Virus record (IMG/VR): IMGVR_UViG_3300025267_000026
Location: 1-44,764 of that record
Source of the DNA: a virus
Taxonomy: Duplodnaviria > Caudoviricetes
Direction: 5' to 3' (one strand)
DNA length: 44,764 bases
Shown here one piece after another: positions 42,834 to 44,764 of the stretch; position 1 is the first letter of the stretch; each line of letters opens with the position of its first letter. The notes below the pieces were generated by a model, which was not told where the DNA came from, searched no databases, and worked only from the letters and a program-made list of their open reading frames with translations. A program made the translations under genes and the position numbers.

Positions 42834-44504
42834 CTATTTAGCTAATTCAGATAGTAGTTCGTTAATAATGCTCTCGCCTCGATCTCTACTTTTCTCTCCA
42901 TCAAGAATTTCATCGAGTACGACTCGTTTATTATCTACTAGCTTATCCATTTTTTCGTCTAGACTGCCCTCTATCAACATATAATGCACTAGAACCGCAT
43001 TAGTTTGCCCAATCCGATGTAGACGGTCTTCCATCTGTTCTTCTATCCCTGGCGTCCACTGACGTTCTACGAATAGCGCATTCGACGCTGCAGTAAGCGT
43101 TATCCCCATTCCCATAGCGGTAGAGGCTACGAATACCATACAGTCTGGGTCTGTTTGGAATTTATCTATAGCTATTTGTCTAGCAGGGCCATCCGTTCGT
43201 CCATCTACAGCTACATGCGATATTTTATCTTTAGTTAGATAATCGTCGATTAAGTCCATGACATCATGGTGATGGGCGAAAACTACTAATTTCTCTCCCG
43301 CATCTACAAAGTTTTTAATTATCTCTTGGGCTTCTTCTGCTTTTGCCAAGCCTACTATGTGGCGTAGGTAGTTCAGCTTAGATAGTAACCACATTCTATT
43401 GTCTTCATATTCATCAGATACTTTACCTGACGGCAGACCACGTAGTGTTTCTATGAGATTATTCTCTGCTGCCACATAGTCCTGGTAATATTTTCCTGGC
43501 ATATCAATGAATATGGTTCGGCGACTTTTAGCTGGAAGTTCTGTAAGTACATCGTTCTTAAGTCTACGTATCATTAGAGGCTGTATCTGTTCTCGTAGTT
43601 CATCCACATGCGACGACCCCTTGAACACATAGCCAAAGCCATTGTGATACCCATTACAATATCGCATTCCGAATTGGAAATGTGAACTAAATTGCTTAGG
43701 AGATATTAAATTTAATATATTATAAAATTCTATAGGCCGATTGAGGATTGGTGTTCCAGATAGACCTATAGTAAATTTCGCTTTACGACCTAATTTCTTA
43801 GCCGATTTCGTCCTTTTTGCGGATGATTCTTTAATTGACGTAACTTCATCATAAACAACTACGGGGAATTTACGTTTAAGTAGCTGTTCTTCAATCTTCT
43901 TGCGCCAGATAAGGTCATAATTAATGAGAACTATATCCGCATCGTTATCTAGAATGTCTTTGCCTTGGTCAAGCATCTGTACTTTGGTATCTGGCATCCA
44001 TTTTTCTATTTCTCGATACCAGTTACGTTTAATAGATGCTTGCGTAATTATCAGAGCAGGCAGTTTAGATGAGTTTAAGGATAGCCATGCCAGTGTTTCT
44101 ATGGTTTTACCTAGTCCTGGCTGGTCACCTATCAATGCACCTTTTCCGTCCTGTATACGAGTCTCTAAAAATGCCACTGCTATTTCTTGATAGGCATATA
44201 GGTCATATGGCATACGTAGACGGTCTTTAACGTCTTGTACGGCTTCTTGACTATATCGCACGTCGAGTTCGTTAATATCTTTTGCTGTGGCAATATTTCC
44301 TAAATCAGGTTTAGGGTTAGTGATAGTGTGGAAATCTCTAACCATATCCGCAATATTAGGATAATAGTCCTGAATAATGATAGCGGCCATAGGTAAGAAC
44401 TGGTCAGGAATATCCCAACCCCGTTCATTAGGATTGTATTTCCTGCCCGGTATATTCTTAATCTCTTCGATTAATTCTTTATTATATGGAAATTTAACTA
44501 GCAT
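42834..44504 (-). CDS. SNF2-family helicase with N-terminal HARP-like domain
   Basis: LYAYQ, GDQPGLGKT, INYD, YDEVT, LSGTPILN, MIRRLK, KLVVFAHH, GITLTAA, QMEDRLHRIGQ. N-terminal KFPYNKELIEEIKNIPGRKYNP..W. Confidence 0.92.
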   Translation of the reverse strand: MLVKFPYNKELIEEIKNIPGRKYNPNERGWDIPDQFLPMAAIIIQDYYPNIADMVRDFHTITNPKPDLGNIATAKDINELDVRYSQEAVQDVKDRLRMPYDLYAYQEIAVAFLETRIQDGKGALIGDQPGLGKTIETLAWLSLNSSKLPALIITQASIKRNWYREIEKWMPDTKVQMLDQGKDILDNDADIVLINYDLIWRKKIEEQLLKRKFPVVVYDEVTSIKESSAKRTKSAKKLGRKAKFTIGLSGTPILNRPIEFYNILNLISPKQFSSHFQFGMRYCNGYHNGFGYVFKGSSHVDELREQIQPLMIRRLKNDVLTELPAKSRRTIFIDMPGKYYQDYVAAENNLIETLRGLPSGKVSDEYEDNRMWLLSKLNYLRHIVGLAKAEEAQEIIKNFVDAGEKLVVFAHHHDVMDLIDDYLTKDKISHVAVDGRTDGPARQIAIDKFQTDPDCMVFVASTAMGMGITLTAASNALFVERQWTPGIEEQMEDRLHRIGQTNAVLVHYMLIEGSLDEKMDKLVDNKRVVLDEILDGEKSRDRGESIINELLSELAK

Positions 44505-44528
44505 AGTTCATTTAACACAAATACTCTA

Positions 44529-44672
44529 TTTCATTTTGATTCATTCTACATGTTTGGTATGTTCCATCAATTTGATTCATTCTACGTATTGGGTACTTTC
44601 ATCTATGATGATTCATTCTACGTGTTTGGTACGTTCTATTAATTTGATTCATTCATGTTCGTTGATACTCAC
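44529..44672 (-). repeat. Array of eight 18-nt units alternating two types (36-nt period)
   Basis: On the minus strand, GAATGAATCA-N8 (four copies) alternates with GAAnnTACC-like units. Confidence 0.9.
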
Positions 44673-44682
44673 GGGTAACATA

Positions 44683-44728
44683 ATTAAAGCCCTATACTGG
44701 CCCTGAGAGGCCCGTACAAGGCTTTAAT
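44683..44728 (-). other. Long imperfect hairpin
   Basis: Minus strand ATTAAAGCCTTGTACGGGCC-TCTCAG-GGCCAGTATAGGGCTTTAAT. 20-bp stem with two G-U pairs and one mismatch. Confidence 0.7.
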
Positions 44729-44764
44729 AGTCTACTAGGTATCTTTAGACGGTTTGGACGGGTG

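Noticed and set aside
42605-42841. 78 aa ORF ending in CEDC
   Set aside because: It mostly overlaps 42499..42789 in another frame and has no clear RBS. A short Cys-containing 3' part cannot be excluded but is unsupported.
44529-44672. CRISPR array
   Set aside because: The invariant part is only 10 nt and the intervening sequences resemble each other. There are no unique 25-45 nt spacers and no cas operon.
44510-44672. Stop-codon recoding extending the helicase N-terminus, or an alternative genetic code
   Set aside because: The frame has both TGA and TAG before the ATG. Elsewhere TAA, TAG and TGA all terminate well-defined genes, and long ORFs are intact in code 11.
44377-44706. + strand 109 aa ORF
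   Set aside because: It is antisense to the helicase start, and its openness is explained by the 36-nt repeat. No RBS seen.
1-44764. tRNA, rRNA or cobalamin riboswitch
   Set aside because: Intergenic gaps are short and I found no cloverleaf or riboswitch consensus by eye. A covariance-model scan was not possible.

Overview
A 44.8 kb segment of a large tailed dsDNA bacteriophage, AT-rich and read in the standard genetic code. Almost all genes are on the + strand. Gene order: a repeat-rich tail/baseplate protein; a replication-recombination operon (DnaB-like helicase, primase, SSB, beta-clamp-like protein, family A polymerase, RecA, nucleases, RuvC); class II RNR with an intein; two large modular genes (ART + ART + kinase; partner domain + topoisomerase IB); thyX with an HNH intein; small genes; terminase small and large subunits (large with an intein); portal; two large probable internal-head proteins, one with a second kinase; a class II tRNA nucleotidyltransferase; small genes; and a minus-strand HARP/SNF2 helicase preceded by an 18/36-nt periodic array and a long hairpin. 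The best candidate for an undescribed system is a set of short shared peptide modules attached to unrelated enzymes. These are KLLALETAxE..K plus EY..P....T.RGA.GY.PSE, a VHR..RA..WVNPK motif, and recurrent hydrophobic-x-K|A/S sites. They suggest capsid-addressed, protease-processed enzyme cargo, and each kinase is followed by a similar small partner domain. The RNR intein is also unusual in ending QRG instead of HN. All assignments come from reading motifs by eye; no searches were run.
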